Assembly: GCA_020891255.1 (NCBI GenBank) | Contig: BQFW01000002.1 | Location: 2,170,001 to 2,234,000, forward strand | Direction: 5' to 3' | DNA: 64,000 nucleotides | Source: Entomortierella parvispora E1425 | Taxonomy: Eukaryota > Fungi > Mortierellomycota | Shown here: positions 63,629-64,000 of the stretch, piece by piece | Numbering within the stretch: the first letter of the stretch is position 1 | Layout: every line of letters starts with the position of its first letter | Translations under genes and position numbers: made by a program | Notes under the pieces: model-generated | The model's database searches: none | Told to the model about the DNA's origin: nothing | The model's input: the letters and a program-made list of their open reading frames with translations, nothing else

Positions 63629-64000
63629 TGTGATGTTGTCTAAAGTAAGTATAGTCTAACGTCAGCAAAGGCTGGAGATGAAAATGATAACGAAAAGAAT
63701 AATAACGAACAAAGCTCGCTGCTTACATATGATAGGGACTTTGCTCTCTGTACCACAAGGATCAAGCACAGCACTGCTATATGATCAGATACAATCTCGA
63801 GAGAATGAACTGGATAGACAGGAGGAGGAGAATGAGCAACAGGATCACGATATAAGCAGGAACGAAACTGAAAGGAGACTAATAAGGACATACCAATGAG
63901 CTAAGCACGTCCTAATGGTAACCAAACAGGAGAATAAACAACTACGGAGGCGAACACTAGGTACTATACTAACTAATAACAACAACAAGGGAGGATTGAA
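63629..64000 (-). repeat. Family-D LTR running off the window end; left flank CCGC
   Basis: Matches 32479-32850. Confidence 0.93.

Noticed and set aside
20685-63899. Recurrent 60-115 aa ORFs (MKMITKRIIT..., MSLLVSFQFR..., MGWGSVVAQG..., MIDLVHSQVT...)
   Set aside because: They recur only because they lie in multicopy D/C LTRs; no domain signal, and ends vary between copies.

Overview
Eukaryotic, intron-rich fungal DNA; a Mortierellaceae/Mucoromycota-like host is my inference from gene structure and TE types. Bases 1-8.1 kb hold two divergently transcribed host genes, a TAPT1/EMP65 homologue (-) and SMC5 (+). From about 8.5 kb to the window end is a gene-free nested transposon island. It contains at least six Ty3/gypsy LTR families (working labels A-G). 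Three of them (A, B, E) carry chromodomains, and one element (D) looks intact. A non-autonomous partner of D (family C) is also present, along with hAT and PIF/Harbinger remnants. A CryptonF-like (Ndc10/GCR1_C-type) tyrosine-recombinase element can be rebuilt in frame once nested insertions are removed, and its 3' end occurs twice, in inverted orientation, at the island edges (8570-9491 and ~61663-62607). Three observations stand out. (1) Families D and C make 4-bp TSDs centred on CpG, and both have a tRNA-Ala PBS set 12-13 nt away from the LTR. (2) A small antisense ORF in the Crypton 3' end repeats the recombinase's own catalytic THxGRHAGTS motif. (3) Three single-ORF gypsy families lack a tRNA PBS and show co-varying LTR/leader complementarity suggestive of self-priming. 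All calls come from manual reading; no database searches or alignments were run, and single-base homopolymer frameshifts may be assembly errors.
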